A DNA stretch of 63,964 nucleotides, filler included, from Octopus bimaculoides (GCF_001194135.2; 8 parts of 7 records of this genome joined end to end with filler, not necessarily neighbours in it); one strand, 5' to 3'. Shown: positions 50,791 to 63,478, numbered from the whole stretch's first letter. Notes: generated by a model not told the origin, from the letters alone. Translations and numbers: made by a program.

Positions 50791-50915
50791 ATTTTAGAGA
50801 TGGTACCTCGGTATCTGAATTTAGAAGAAAATATCTCATTGTTGTTTATATTCTTTCAAGCTTTCTTTCATCTTCTAATATATGATCAATAGACTAGATT
50901 GCTGATTTCATTTAG

Positions 50916-50973
50916 GATTGGCGAAGAAGAACCAGTTTTACAACAAAAGGGGATACACGAAGAAGAATCAACT
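50916..50973 (+). CDS. Candidate 58-nt exon; all three frames open (for example GLAKKNQFYNKRGYTKKNQ)
   Basis: gatttcatttag acceptor and ACT|gtatgt donor; purine-rich with an internal cgaagaagaa repeat. Confidence 0.33.
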
Positions 50974-51359
50974 GTATGTTATTGTTGGCATTAGCATCTC
51001 TTGCAATGAAGTCAAACATAACCGACTTCTGCTGGATTTGAGCTCTGAACGTTGAGAGACAAAAATTAAATGCTGTGAAGTTTGTAGTCTGATGTTCCCT
51101 GTTCATGTCAAATCACTATCCTTGATTAATTAAAATAACTAGAATTAGTTTTTATTCGAAATATATTTTTTTAAAAATAAAGAATTTTTGTTTTGGTGAG
51201 GTCCCATTTTAACCGAAACTAGTTTCAGCTAGATTTGTAACATGCCTCTCTAATTCCTTTGATTAAAACTTTAAATAAACAATTACAGATTACCTACAAA
51301 TCGCTTTCATTACATTCTTTTAAGTATCTATTGAATGTATATCACACATACACAAATGA

Positions 51360-51391
<32 letters not shown>

Positions 51392-51398
51392 TGCAGAA

Positions 51399-51434
<36 letters not shown>

Positions 51435-52583
51435 NNNNNNNNNNNNNNNNNNNNNNNNNNNNNNNNNNNNNNNNNNNNNNNNNNNNNNNNNNNNNNNNNN
51501 NNNNNNNNNNNNNNNNNNNNNNNNNNNNNNNNNNNNNNNNNNNNNNNNNNNNNNNNNNNNNNNNNNNNNNNNNNNNNNNNNNNNNNNNNNNNNNNNNNNN
51601 NNNNNNNNNNNNNNNNNNNNNNNNNNNNNNNNNNNNNNNNNNNNNNNNNNNNNNNNNNNNNNNNNNNNNNNNNNNNNNNNNNNNNNNNNNNNNNNNNNNN
51701 NNNNNNNNNNNNNNNNNNNNNNNNNNNNNNNNNNNNNNNNNNNNNNNNNNNNNNNNNNNNNNNNNNNNNNNNNNNNNNNNNNNNNNNNNATATATATATA
51801 TATATATATAATAGACGTATACATGCAAACACCCATACGCGCGGTGAGAAGCTTGGTTCGTTTGATGACCCTACGAATCTAAATTGCTCGTAGCCGATAG
51901 ATGTTTGACTGTAGATATTTGACGGTAGATGTTTGTTTTACTTTTTTTAATTTATATGTCAGGAGGAAAGAACTGCTCGTGACCTTTTACAGGGCCTTCG
52001 AGCTCATAGGAGGGAGGAAAATGTCTTCAAAACCCAGAGACCTGGCCTGGATGCTTGCGAAAGACTGGACTCCACTAACGACTCCTAAGGTTCCATGCAG
52101 ATGATGGCGTTAAACTGGATTTTAAGGATTGTTTGGGATGGTCAGACGTTACTCAACTTACATACCACTTTTTGGCTTCTCTTTGCAGTACTGGGATCAT
52201 TTCTCCTTCATATCTTAAATTCTCCTCTAACAGAGAAGCCGCCAACGTGAACTGTAGATAATAATTTCATTCACTAGCGAAGGGTGTATATTGCTCCTCT
52301 TTGAAGTGGTCTTCATCTGGATTTGAACTGCTTGTATAGCCCTTCCAACAGGCGTTAGCCATAGTGTTGCTGGTCGTAGGGGAACCTACAGTGGAGATGC
52401 AAGAGATGCAAATCAGACATGTGTACTAAATGTCAGATCTATTACAGTTTAGCTTGGATTCAATATTGTAGGCATTGGTTCGAGTGTGAAAAGAACGTTC
52501 TGAAGAGATATCAAAGGTCTCAGGGTTTTAATGTATCCGGCGTGTGTTTTGCGTGTGTGCGTATATATATATATATATATATA

Positions 52584-54032
52584 CTTGGTCAGCCCATAAA
52601 TAATGCTGTTTTTTCAACTGCATGAACTAAAATNNNNNNNNNNNNNNNNNNNNNNNNNNNNNNNNNNNNNNNNNNNNNNNNNNNNNNNNNNNNNNNNNNN
52701 NNNNNNNNNNNNNNNNNNNNNNNNNNNNNNNNNNNNNNNNNNNNNNNNNNNNNNNNNNNNNNNNNNNNNNNNNNNNNNNNNNNNNNNNNNNNNNNNNNNN
52801 NNNNNNNNNNNNNNNNNNNNNNNNNNNNNNNNNNNNNNNNNNNNNNNNNNNNNNNNNNNNNNNNNNNNNNNNNNNNNNNNNNNNNNNNNNNNNNNNNNNN
52901 NNNNNNNNNNNNNNNNNNNNNNNNNNNNNNNNNNNNNNNNNNNNNNNNNNNNNNNNNNNNNNNNNNNNNNNNNNNNNNNNNNNNNNNNNNNNNNNNNNNN
53001 NNNNNNGGGGGGGGGGGGCGGAATAAACTATCATATGAGGATAGGACAATAAGCCAGTGTCAGCAGTGGTTCCAAGAATTCCGAGCCGGAAACGAGCCTA
53101 GAAGACGAACCTCGTCCTGGAAAATCTGTAGAACTCATCGAGGACGTCTTGCAAACCCTGGTGGAACAAAATTGCATCGTGTAACTGTTGAGGAAGTAGC
53201 AGAGGAGCTTGGGTTTGTTCATTCAATCATTCATCGACACCTGCGTGCCATCGGAAAAGTCAGTAAATTTGATCAATGATTTCCTTACAAACCTTCCGAG
53301 TCTAATCACGTACAGAGTGAATGTGTACTCGTCTTTGTTGTTACGTCTCACGAATGAACCTTTTTTAGACCGAATAGTGACTGGTGACGAGAAATGGGTT
53401 CTCTATAAAAATGTCAAGCGCCGAAGACAGTGGGTAGGGAAAGGAGAAACACTGGCACCCCAGGCTAAAGAAGATCTTCGCCCACGTAAGGTGTTGTAAT
53501 CTGTTTGGTGAGATATGAAAGGTTTAGTCCACTTTGAACTTATAAACCTAAACTAAACGATAACAAAGGAGATATACAGCGAGCAGCTTGAGCGGCTTAA
53601 ATCAGCGTTAGTAAAAAAAACTACCATCTTTGGTTTCAAAACGAAAAGGTGTTCTTTCATCAGAGTAATGTTTGGCCACATACAGCGAGGATAACATCCC
53701 AAAGACTGGAGCAGTTTGAACGGGAAACGATTCCCCACCCACCATATTCGCCGGACATTGTCCCATCTGATTATCATTTATTCCGTAGTTTTCAAAATCA
53801 TTTGAACGGGAAAAGTGTTAATTCTGTAGACGAGGCCAGAAGAGTACTGGAGGACTATTTTTCGTGACAGACAAGTGAATTTTGGAAGAGAGGTCTTGCA
53901 AGTCGACCAGATAGATGGAAGAGCATTATAGAAAATGAAGGAGAGTATATTTTAGATTTTAAAAAAATTTTATCTTAAATTTGAAAAATAAAAGTAGTAT
54001 GAAAAAACCGCATTATTTAATGGATGACTCAA
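52584..54032 (+). mobile_element. Near full-length mariner (DD34D) transposon with a pseudogenised transposase
   Basis: TIRs ttggtcagcccataaataatgc / gcattatttaatggatgactcaa; LEDEPRPG, FLDRIVTGDEKWVLYKN, HQSNVWPHT, PHPPYSPDIVPSDYHLFRSFQNHL; several stops and frameshifts. Confidence 0.95.
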
Positions 54033-54157
54033 GATATATTATATATATCAACATATANNNNNNNNNNNNNNNNNNNNNNNNNNNNNNNNNNNNNNNNNNN
54101 NTTAATTAATTAANNNNNNNNNNNNNNNNNNNNNNNNNNNNNNNNNNNNNNNNNNNN

Positions 54158-54495
54158 CGGCCCATTGCCGGGCTAGAGTGGCCACCCTTCTCGTTATCTC
54201 GTCCCAGTTCTTCTCCGTTTGGAGGTCTGGACCAAACCAGACCCCGAGCATCTCAACCGGACCGTCAGTCCAACGTCCCACGACGGAGGCGCTACTTGAC
54301 GGCATGGGGTTGCTTCTCCAGGTGCCGAGCCGCAAGCCCACTGACTTATCCCGGTTGATTTTCGCTCGCGTTACCGCTTCGTATTCTCTCAGTGTCTCGC
54401 CGACAAGCTCGATGTGCTTTTGGCTAGACACTATGACGGTGACGTCGTCCGCGTATGACGACACGCTCGTCCCGCATCCCAACTCTCGCGGGATA
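54158..54495 (-). mobile_element. Tx1/L1-clade LINE RT fragment; 5' junction abuts (GATA)n
   Basis: VSSYADDVTVIVSS..YEAVTRAKINRDKSVGLRLGTW..VEMLGVWFGPD...NW; relatively GC-rich and uninterrupted over the visible stretch. Confidence 0.92.
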
Positions 54496-54540
54496 GGTAG
54501 ATAGAAAGATAGACAGGCAAATAGATAGATATAATAGAAC

Positions 54541-54592
<52 letters not shown>

Positions 54593-55146
54593 TGATAGAT
54601 AGATAGATAGTGGTTACGCTAGATATATAATCGCCATGAGACATGAAATGCTTTAAAAGCACATGTCCATTTATTTCTAATACAGATTTGTTTATATAGA
54701 TAGAGAACGAATTCTTGTTGATCTATGGCTAATTTCCTCAAATATTTGCCATTAGCTTTCTTGAACAAATTATCTAACAAAACATCTTATTTCGTACAAT
54801 GATAAACCATCTGTAATAAACCATCTGTACAATGATAAACCATCTGTAATGAACACCTACATTATCTGATAGAAGCTATTGATGGCGTTTTAATGAAAAT
54901 ATATCAATATATGTTTTCAGAACTAGGCTAGATTTTTCCATATGCAAACATGCTTAAGATACAGAGACGTTTGTTTTATGATTTGATATGTGGTGGTGTG
55001 AGGTTCAGTGTGTGTGTGTGTGTGTGTGTGTTCGTGCGTGCGCGCATTTGTGTGTATGTGTGCGTGCATGTATGTTTGTGCACGTGTGTTTGTGTCTGCG
55101 TTTATGTACATGTTTGTGGGTATATGTATCTTTATGTGTGTAAATG

Positions 55147-55177
<31 letters not shown>

Positions 55178-55989
55178 NNNNNNNNNNNNNNNNNNNNNNN
55201 NNNNNNNNNNNNNNNNNNNNNNNNNNNNNNNNNNNNNNNNNNNNNNNNNNNNNNNNNNNNNNNNNNNNNNNNNNNNNNNNNNNNNNNNNNNNNNNNNNNN
55301 NNNNNNNNNNNNNNNNNNNNNNNNNNNNNNNNNNNNNNNNNNNNNNNNNNNNNNNNNNNNNNNNNNNNNNNNNNNNNNNNNNNNNNNNNNNNNNNNNNNN
55401 NNNNNNNNNNNNNNNNNNNNNNNNNNNNNNNNNNNNNNNNNNNNNNNNNNNNNNNNNNNNNNNNNNNNNNNNNNNNNNNNNNNNNNNNNNNNNNNNNNNN
55501 NNNNNNNNNNNNNNNNNNNNNNNNNNNNNNNNNNNNNNNNNNNNNNNNNNNNNNNNNNNNNNNNNNNNNNNNNNNNNNNNNNNNNNNNNNNNNNNNNNNN
55601 NNNNNNNNNNNNNNNNNNNNNNNNNNNNNNNNNNNNNNNNNNNNNNNNNNNNNNNNNNNNNNNNNNNNNNNNNNNNNNNNNNNNNNNNNNNNNNNNNNNN
55701 NNNNNNNNNNNNNNNNNNNNNNNNNNNNNNNNNNNNNNNNNNNNNNNNNNNNNNNNNNNNNNNNNNNNNNNNNNNNNNNNNNNNNNNNNNNNNNNNNNNN
55801 NNNNNNNNNNNNNNNNNNNNNNNNNNNNNNNNNNNNNNNNNNNNNNNNNNNNNNNNNNNNNNNNNNNNNNNNNNNNNNNNNNNNNNNNNNNNNNNNNNNN
55901 NNNNNNNATATATATATAAGATAAACTTACTTGGATGGGTGGCGTTCAATCATATAATAATATATAAATATATATGCATATATACATAC

Positions 55990-56855
55990 ATGTACATAAT
56001 TACACATATATGTATATAGATATGCATATATGGATACAGGACGTTATAAAACGTAAACAACATGAAATATGAAAACAATATGAAATACGAAAACATGGAA
56101 TACAAACTTTTTTTGCGAACAACGAAAGAAACAAATGGAAAACAATACAAGTAACGTAAAGATCGACCCTTCATCAGTTGTCGACTGTTTATCTACTCCA
56201 CATTTTGAGCAATTGCGACAAGATGTGTCTTCGAGAAAGCAAAATAAAATTTGTGATTTGCGGAGGGTCAAAGCTGGTAACAAAAACAGGACAGTGAAAA
56301 CAAACAACAGTAAGGGCTGCTAAGCCATAACGAATGGTGGCGAGCGCTGGAGGAACAAGCTTTGACAGGAGAAAAGATAGGAGAGGAGACACACACAAGA
56401 ATACGTGTGATCTGTGTGGCACATCAAAAGGAAATAACGAAGCTCAAGCTAGGAAAAGAAAGATGACCGGTGGTCACGTGTGAGCAACGAGAGAGTAAAG
56501 GAGGAAGAGTGAGAAAGAGAGAGAGAGGAACACATAGAAAACGGTGAAAGGGAGAAGAAAAGAATTAGAGAAAGGTTGAGAGAGAAAAAACGAAAGTGGG
56601 AGATGGGGATATAATTACACACACACACACACATGGATATATATATTTATAGAATCATATACTGACATATACATATTTACATATATGTATGTATATACAA
56701 ATATATATACATCATACATATGTATGGCATATATATGTATATATATATATATATANNNNNNNNNNNNNNNNNNNNNNNNNNNNNNNNNNNNNNNNNNNNT
56801 TAATTAATTAANNNNNNNNNNNNNNNNNNNNNNNNNNNNNNNNNNNNNNNNNNNN

Positions 56856-56894
<39 letters not shown>

Positions 56895-57845
56895 ATATAT
56901 ATATATATAGTATAAATAATATATAAATATATGCATATATCCATACATATATGTACATACCTACATCTATATGTATATATACAAACATATATGGGTACAG
57001 GACATCCCCCAAAAACGTTAAACACAGTGAGAAACGAAAACAGAAAACGAACTTTTTTTCGAACAACGAAAAACAAAACAGAGAAACGAGACATGCAACA
57101 TAAAGAATATTCTCCTTCATCAGTTGTCCCTGTCCACCTACTCCACGTTTCGAAGGCAAGGAAAATACGCGACTTCGTTGGAGCAGTCCTTTCCGCAAAG
57201 CAAATTAAATAAAATTTGGAATTTTTTGCGGAGGTTGAAAGTGTTAACAAGAACAGGACAGTGAGACAGTAAAAACAAGACAGTGAAAACAAGCAAAAAG
57301 GACTGTTAGGCCAAGATGATAGAAAAATTATTGTTTTTTTGAACGCTAGTAGACGTGAATGAGAGAAGAGACAAAAGACAGAAAAATCACGTCTTCTCTA
57401 TAGGAAGCCAGCGGATAGAAAGAAAGAATCCCTTTCTTCACGTGTCAGCGACGAGAGTGTTAAGGAGGAAGAGTGAGAGAGAAAGAGAGGGAACGGTGAA
57501 AGGGAGAGAAGAATAGGGAAAAGGTGGGAGAGAAAAACAGAAAGGATGAAGAACAAGAGAGAGATAGAGAGATAGACAGGGGAGTAATAGTAATAGTAGT
57601 AGAGTGCGTATAGTAATTATTAAGATAAAAACTTACTTGGGGAAGGATGCATGGCGTTCGATCATATAATAATATAAATAATATATAAATATATGCATAT
57701 ATCCATACGTATATGTACATACCTACATCTATATGTATACATACATGCGTATATGGGTACAGGACATCACAAAAAAAAACGTTAAGCACAATGAGAAACG
57801 AAAATAGAAAACGAACTTTTTACATACATACATACATACATACAC

Positions 57846-57876
<31 letters not shown>

Positions 57877-58483
57877 CATGCATACATACATACATACATA
57901 CATACATACATACATACATTCAGCAAAAAGTTGGAGCGATCGCCAGACAAGTGTTTGTTGTTATTGCTCATATTTTAAGAAAGTTGTGTCAATGTGAAAC
58001 GAAACCATCGAAAGCATATGTTGAAATGCTGCAATTTGAGAGATGCAAGGAAAACAAAAATATCAACAAAGATAAAATTTCAAGGGTCGCATTTCTGGAG
58101 AAATCAGTGTGGGATCGAGTGGGCACCTGGGGATGCTTATAGTATACAGAAATGACGAGTTAGTCAGGAGTGTCTGAATGTTCGAGTGGTATAATGGAAT
58201 TGGCCAGTTCCGAGGGTAAGGGCGTCTGTAATGTAGGTAAAGAAGGGGTGATATGTCTATTGAGATGATGTTGGAAAGGATTGGTGAGAGGCTCTTTGCT
58301 AATTAGTCAAAGGCCGTTCTGGAGGATGCGCGGCTTAGGATGTTTTTATTAGTAGTGTAAAGGATCACACGCAAGTAGAAGCTGTGAGTAAACGATACAG
58401 TGAAGCATAAGATTGGAACGAGTAGACGCGGCTGCGATGGGGAGTATAGCTTATCTGGTGTGAAAGTCTTTTCTGCGCACATA

Positions 58484-58567
<84 letters not shown>

Positions 58568-58603
58568 CCTACCTACCTACCTATCTATCAATCTATCTAT
58601 CTG

Positions 58604-58691
<88 letters not shown>

Positions 58692-58950
58692 CCTGCATAC
58701 CTGTTTGTCAGTGTATCTGCCTGCCTGTTTGTCTGGCTGTCTTCCTGTCTGCCTGCCTGCCCGCCCATCTGTCTCGCTATATATATATATATATATACGA
58801 AGACGTATCTTGTCGTGAATTGCTCGAAATACGGAGTAGAAAAACAGCCGACAACTGATGAAGGGTCGTTTTTTTTACGTTACTTGTTTTGTTTTCCATT
58901 TGTTTCTTTCGTTGTTCGCCTAAAAGCTCGTATTCCATGTTTTCGTATAT
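55990..58950 (-). mobile_element. Penelope-like composite: tandem terminal repeats (about 56.0-56.64, 56.9-57.6, 57.66-57.82 kb, minus), ORF relic 57950-58470, inverted terminal repeat 58790-58950
   Basis: Units share gggtacaggac..aaacgaact..gaacaacgaa..ccttcatcagttgtc; the ORF relic has a weak resemblance to the PLE region before GIY-YIG. Confidence 0.55.
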
Positions 58951-59811
58951 ATATATATATACACATCAGCACGGCAAATTCTCTGAGTGGATAGCATATT
59001 GGGTAGAATAACCCTCTGTAATCATTCCGACTGTCTTTGCTTTGATTTCAAATCCCACTGCCGTCGACTTTACCTTTTATCATTTCAGGGTCAACAATAC
59101 TTGAGTATGGCGCTGTGTTGGCGGGATTGCTAGAAACTCAGAGTGGATGACTTGAGGCATCAGTTCCGTCTTCGTACGTGATTCGTTCAGATTCCACGTC
59201 GCCAACTCTCAAAACAGTAATATAATTCTGTTAGGAATGACAACAAATAAAAATCAGCAATTTGAAACAAGAAATAGTACAGATTCCTTGGTTGGGTCGG
59301 AAAATGATGTGTTATTACATCCAGGCAATTGAACCAACAGGATGCAGCTAAACACCACAACTCGGGATGTCTATGAAGTAGAAACACGTGTTAGATAGAA
59401 ATTTAAACTGAATGTGTTGCATACGGTAATAAACACGCTTTTGAGGATGTATAACCCGCCATTCTTATTTTTAATGTCTTGTATATATATATATATATAT
59501 ATTTCAATAAGATAAGAAAACAGAGAGACAGTTAATAAATTATCATTTATTAATTTAAAAATTAACATTTTTTTTACAGCTGTTTCGATTCTAGACCTTC
59601 AGAAAATTAATTAATAAAATTAAAAATTATTTGAAAGTCGATTCCTTCGTTTGATTTATATAGGAATGTAAAACATCCAATTTTCACAGGTACTTCAGTG
59701 NNNNNNNNNNNNNNNNNNNNNNNNNNNNNNNNNNNNNNNNNNNNTTAATTAATTAANNNNNNNNNNNNNNNNNNNNNNNNNNNNNNNNNNNNNNNNNNNN
59801 CCTTAACTTAC

Positions 59812-59927
59812 AGTGCTGAGTCGACTCTTGAAAATAATCAACATTAGGGCTTGAGAGAGGACTATAGGTTGTCCTGGGGCTAAAGAATTACAATAAATAA
59901 GTCTGCCAGATTAAGGTAGAAATCTGC
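59812..59927 (-). pseudogene. Degenerate death-domain-like exon
   Basis: ttgttgtttag acceptor; ACT|gtaagt donor; follows KLGSKWQQV-G to give GRFL, then frameshifted LNLADLFIVIL*PQDNL*SSLK / ALML..KSR. An alternative acceptor at 59879 gives a stop-free 68-nt exon. Confidence 0.35.
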
Positions 59928-60211
59928 CTAAACAACAANNNNNNNNNNNNNNNNNNNNNNNNNNNNNNNNNNNNNNNNNNNNNNNNNNNNNNNNNNNNNN
60001 NNNNNNNNNNNNNNNNNNNNNNNNNNNNNNNNNNNNNNNNNNNNNNNNNNNNNNNNNNNNNNNNNNNNNNNNNNNNNNNNNNNNNNNNNNNNNNNNNNNN
60101 NNNNNNNNNNNNGCTAACCATTCAATAGAAAATTAGGAATGGAACCTGTTCTCAATCATTCTAAAAGTGATGGCAAAATTTATAGAAATCAATTAAGTAT
60201 TGTATACTCAC

Positions 60212-60239
60212 CAACTTGCTGCCATTTACTCCCTAACTT
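60212..60239 (-). CDS. 3' part of a candidate exon (KLGSKWQQV), death-domain helix 1-2-like; 5' part in gap
   Basis: Consensus G|gtgagt donor; LGxxWxx(L/V)G motif typical of death domains. Confidence 0.45.
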
Positions 60240-60378
60240 NNNNNNNNNNNNNNNNNNNNNNNNNNNNNNNNNNNNNNNNNNNNNNNNNNNNNNNNNNNNN
60301 NNNNNNNNNNNNNNNNNNNACACTTCATACTATAATTTCTCTGTCTCTGTTAATTGGTCTTTATTTTATTACTCTTAG

Positions 60379-60437
60379 GCATTCCTATCATCAATGGTCA
60401 ACTGGTGATCATTATGGTTTTAATCAATATTTAAAAA
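60379..60437 (+). CDS. Candidate exon start (HSYHQWSTGDHYGFNQYLK), truncated by a gap
   Basis: Strong pyrimidine tract ending ctcttag; open phase-2 frame compatible with 50916-50973; conflicts with the interleaved minus-strand model. Confidence 0.25.
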
Positions 60438-60479
60438 NNNNNNNNNNTCTTTCGTGGTCCCATGCAAAATTCAATATTT

Positions 60480-60960
60480 AGGTCCACAACTGAATAGACT
60501 AACCTTCCTAAGCTTACTCTGTTTAATAAAACATCCTACATTATCAGATAACAGCAATTCTCTAAGTAGTACGTAAAGCTTATAACATAACCCAGTAAAA
60601 ATACTTGTACATTTTCTATGGTATACCATCGCCTCCTGGGGCGCCCTTTGTTCTTGCTTTCTTCACACAGCTATCTACTTGTTCCTTTCTAAAATCACCT
60701 TACTGAAATTTGATTCTTGGTTTAATTCGATGTTTCAAACCGTCCATGATCTGGAACTGCTAATCTTGCAGTGGGTTAATGTAGGGCTCCTGTATATATC
60801 TGTCCACTTCATCTTCAGTATATTTTACACTAATTCACTTAGCATATGAAAATAATTTCCTATTAACCTCATAAGGGTACTGAAGGAGATTTTTACTAAT
60901 CCATTTAACCTCATTCCCTGTTTCAGCAAGTCTGTTATTTCTTTGTACAAATGAGAAGAA
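60480..60960 (-). mobile_element. RLE-class (HERO/NeSL-like) non-LTR RT N-terminal relic
   Basis: GDFRKEQVDSCVKKARTKGAPGGDGIP*KMYKY..KLYVLLREL; upstream NLLQYPYEVNRKLF. Confidence 0.7.
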
Positions 60961-61145
60961 ATGTTTAATATGTTGAGCAGACGATAATATTTCTAATGCA
61001 TATACTACAATCAAATGCAGTTTGAACCATTTATAAAGTGGCTGTAGATCGAACAGGCATAGCACCATAGGATAGCTGGAGTATTTAAGTGAGAGGTGTT
61101 TCCTCAACCAAGAAAAGTAGCCAGTGATTCTGAAGAAGAACTAAC

Positions 61146-61163
61146 TTTGACGCGTTGGAGTCT
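61146..61163 (-). CDS. Candidate 18-nt microexon (ETPTRQ), phase 1-1
   Basis: Same ttttttcag|AGACTCCAACGC start as 61368-61433; A|gttagt donor (read-through would give TAG at 61141-61143). Confidence 0.4.
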
Positions 61164-61367
61164 CTGAAAAAATATTTTATGATATTTCAGGAACATCGTN
61201 NNNNNNNNNATATTTCAGGAACATCGTTAACAGAATTACGTTAAAGCAAACCTTTCAAACGTAAATTAGTATTCAGACATCTCTTCAGTCAAACTGACAA
61301 ACAAATTAACTCAGCTGAAGGTAGGTAATGTATAAGAATCAATTTGATGCTGTAATATTATACTCAC

Positions 61368-61433
61368 CGACTGGCTGTGATGTAGAGGGTGTAGGCTCTG
61401 ACACTATCGAAAACTTCCCAGGCGTTGGAGTCT
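61368..61433 (-). CDS. Candidate 66-nt exon (ETPTPGKFSIVSEPTPSTSQPV), phase 1-1, S/T/P-rich
   Basis: tatttttttcag acceptor; G|gtgagt donor; length a multiple of 3. Confidence 0.55.
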
Positions 61434-61959
61434 CTGAAAAAAATATATTCAAGTTTCAGTCATTAAAGTTTCGTTATCATTAATAATCTATATTTTATTA
61501 TTGTGAGATATTCCTATGATCAATAGTCAAATGGTGACCACTTTTCTGTTCGCCAACATATTTATACTTTCTATTGTGATCCCATTAACTGCGCCAAATT
61601 GAGGTCCACCACAAAAATAGACATACCCTCCTAAACCTAGTTTCTCTTTTCAAACAGCCTACATCTTCTCACAACATTATAATTTTCTCATTTAATTATC
61701 ACNNNNNNNNNNACAGCCTACATCTTCTCACAACATTATAATTTTCTCATTTAATTATCACTCGAAAACTTCATCTTTTTTGCGTTCGTTTAGTCTTACC
61801 TTTCTTAATTAAAGTGTTTCGGNNNNNNNNNNTCTTTTTTGCGTTCGTTTAGTCTTACCTTTCTTAATTAAAGTGTTTCGGTTTATGTTTGATAGTTTGC
61901 ATAAAAGGAAAACAAAGCAGAATATCTAATCTAAAAATAAAAGNNNNNNNNNNNNNNNN

Positions 61960-62500
61960 NACATTTCGACTAGATATGGCTGGGAGATACAAGTAATCCC
62001 TCTCAGCTTCAACTGCTCTCTCAAGACGTCCCTGAAGCCTGAAACCTGTGTTTCTCTTTATGACAACTGATAAAACCTTTGAAAACCTCTTTAGTTTTGG
62101 GTACCAGCTCAACTTTAGGGTTGCAATCAGAGCAAATGGTGTCCTTCTCAACCGTGGCCCATACAAAATACTCCATGTGATTTCAATTAGGGAAACTAGT
62201 AAGTTTACAAATGGGTCCACTGAAACCGCATAAATACTCCGACAACCACTTCTCACTCTTTCTAGAGGTATGGTAATGNNNNNNNNNNCAACCACTTCTC
62301 ACTCTTTCTAGAGGTATGGTAATGTGCTGAATCCTGCTGCCACGCCTAAGGCTTTGCAGTAGCAACTGTGTCCAAATACAGGAAACTCCTTTCCAATCTG
62401 CAGNNNNNNNNNNNNNNNNNNNNNNNNNNNNNNNNNNNNNNNNNNNNNNNNNNNNNNNNNNNNNNNNNNNNNNNNNNNNNNNNNNNNNNNNNNNNTGGTG
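61960..62500 (-). mobile_element. maT/DD37D-type Tc1-mariner transposase C-terminal relic
   Basis: WQQDSAHYHTSRKSEKWLSEYL..MEYFVWATVEKDT..CN.K.ELV.K.KEVF..RLERAVEAE.DY across frameshifts. Confidence 0.8.
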
Positions 62501-63478
62501 ACCACTAAGGGTTTGTTCAACCTGTTTATACTTTCCACAGTGTTATTATGCAAATGGCTCAATATTTAAATCTAGAGCAAAATAGACAAACAATCCTCAA
62601 TCTACTCTGTTTATTGAGACATCCTTCATAATCTAACAATTCAACAATTATCTCATNNNNNNNNNNNNNNNNNNNNNNNNNNNNNNNNNNNTTGAGCTTT
62701 TCCTTTCTTTTATCTGTACCAACTTTATAACAGGGCATTTTCTCAATCACATCTAGATATCATTTACTGGCTTTCTTTTTATTTTTCCACTTAATTCCGT
62801 CATCAACCAAGTCCGTCATCAAAAATNNNNNNNNNNNNNNNNNNNNNNNNNNNNNNNNNNNNNNNNNNNNNNNNNNNNNNNNNNNNNNNNNNNNNNTTCT
62901 TAAACATTGATGCTTCTAATCTAAAATCTTAACTTCCTGCATCACAGTTAACCAGAATGTCATCTGATTCAGGAAATATGTGAAGACATCTAATTGTCAC
63001 TCGTCTTCCTTAATGAAGCAGTTTTCTTTCCGCATGAGCGNNNNNNNNNNNNNNNNNNNNNNNNNNNNNNNNNNNNNNNNNNNNNNNNNNNNNNNNNNNN
63101 NNNNNNNNNNNNNNNNNNNNNNNNNNNNNNNNNNNNNNNNNNNNNNNNNNNNNNNNNNNNNNNNNNNNNNNNNNNNNNNNNNNNNNNNNNNNNNNNNNNN
63201 NNNNNNNNNNNNNNNNNNNNNNNNNNNNNNNNNNNNNNNNNNNNNNNNNNNNNNNNNNNNNNNNNNNNNNNNNNNNNNNNNNNNNNNNNNNNNNNNNNNN
63301 NNNNNNNNNNNNNNNNNNNNNNNNNNNNNNNNNNNNNNNNNNNNNNNNNNNNNNNNNNNNNNNNNNNNNNNNNNNNNNNNNNNNNNNNNNNNNNNNNNNN
63401 NNNNNNNNNNNNNNNNNNNNNNNNNNNNNNNNNNNCCTTAATTTTGATGTCAACCAAGCTGGTCGTCAAATAACTCAC

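Noticed and set aside
60780-60830. EDEVDRYIQEP resembling a hAT dimerisation motif
   Set aside because: It is in frame with the downstream APGGDGIP RT motif and better explained as part of the RLE-LINE relic
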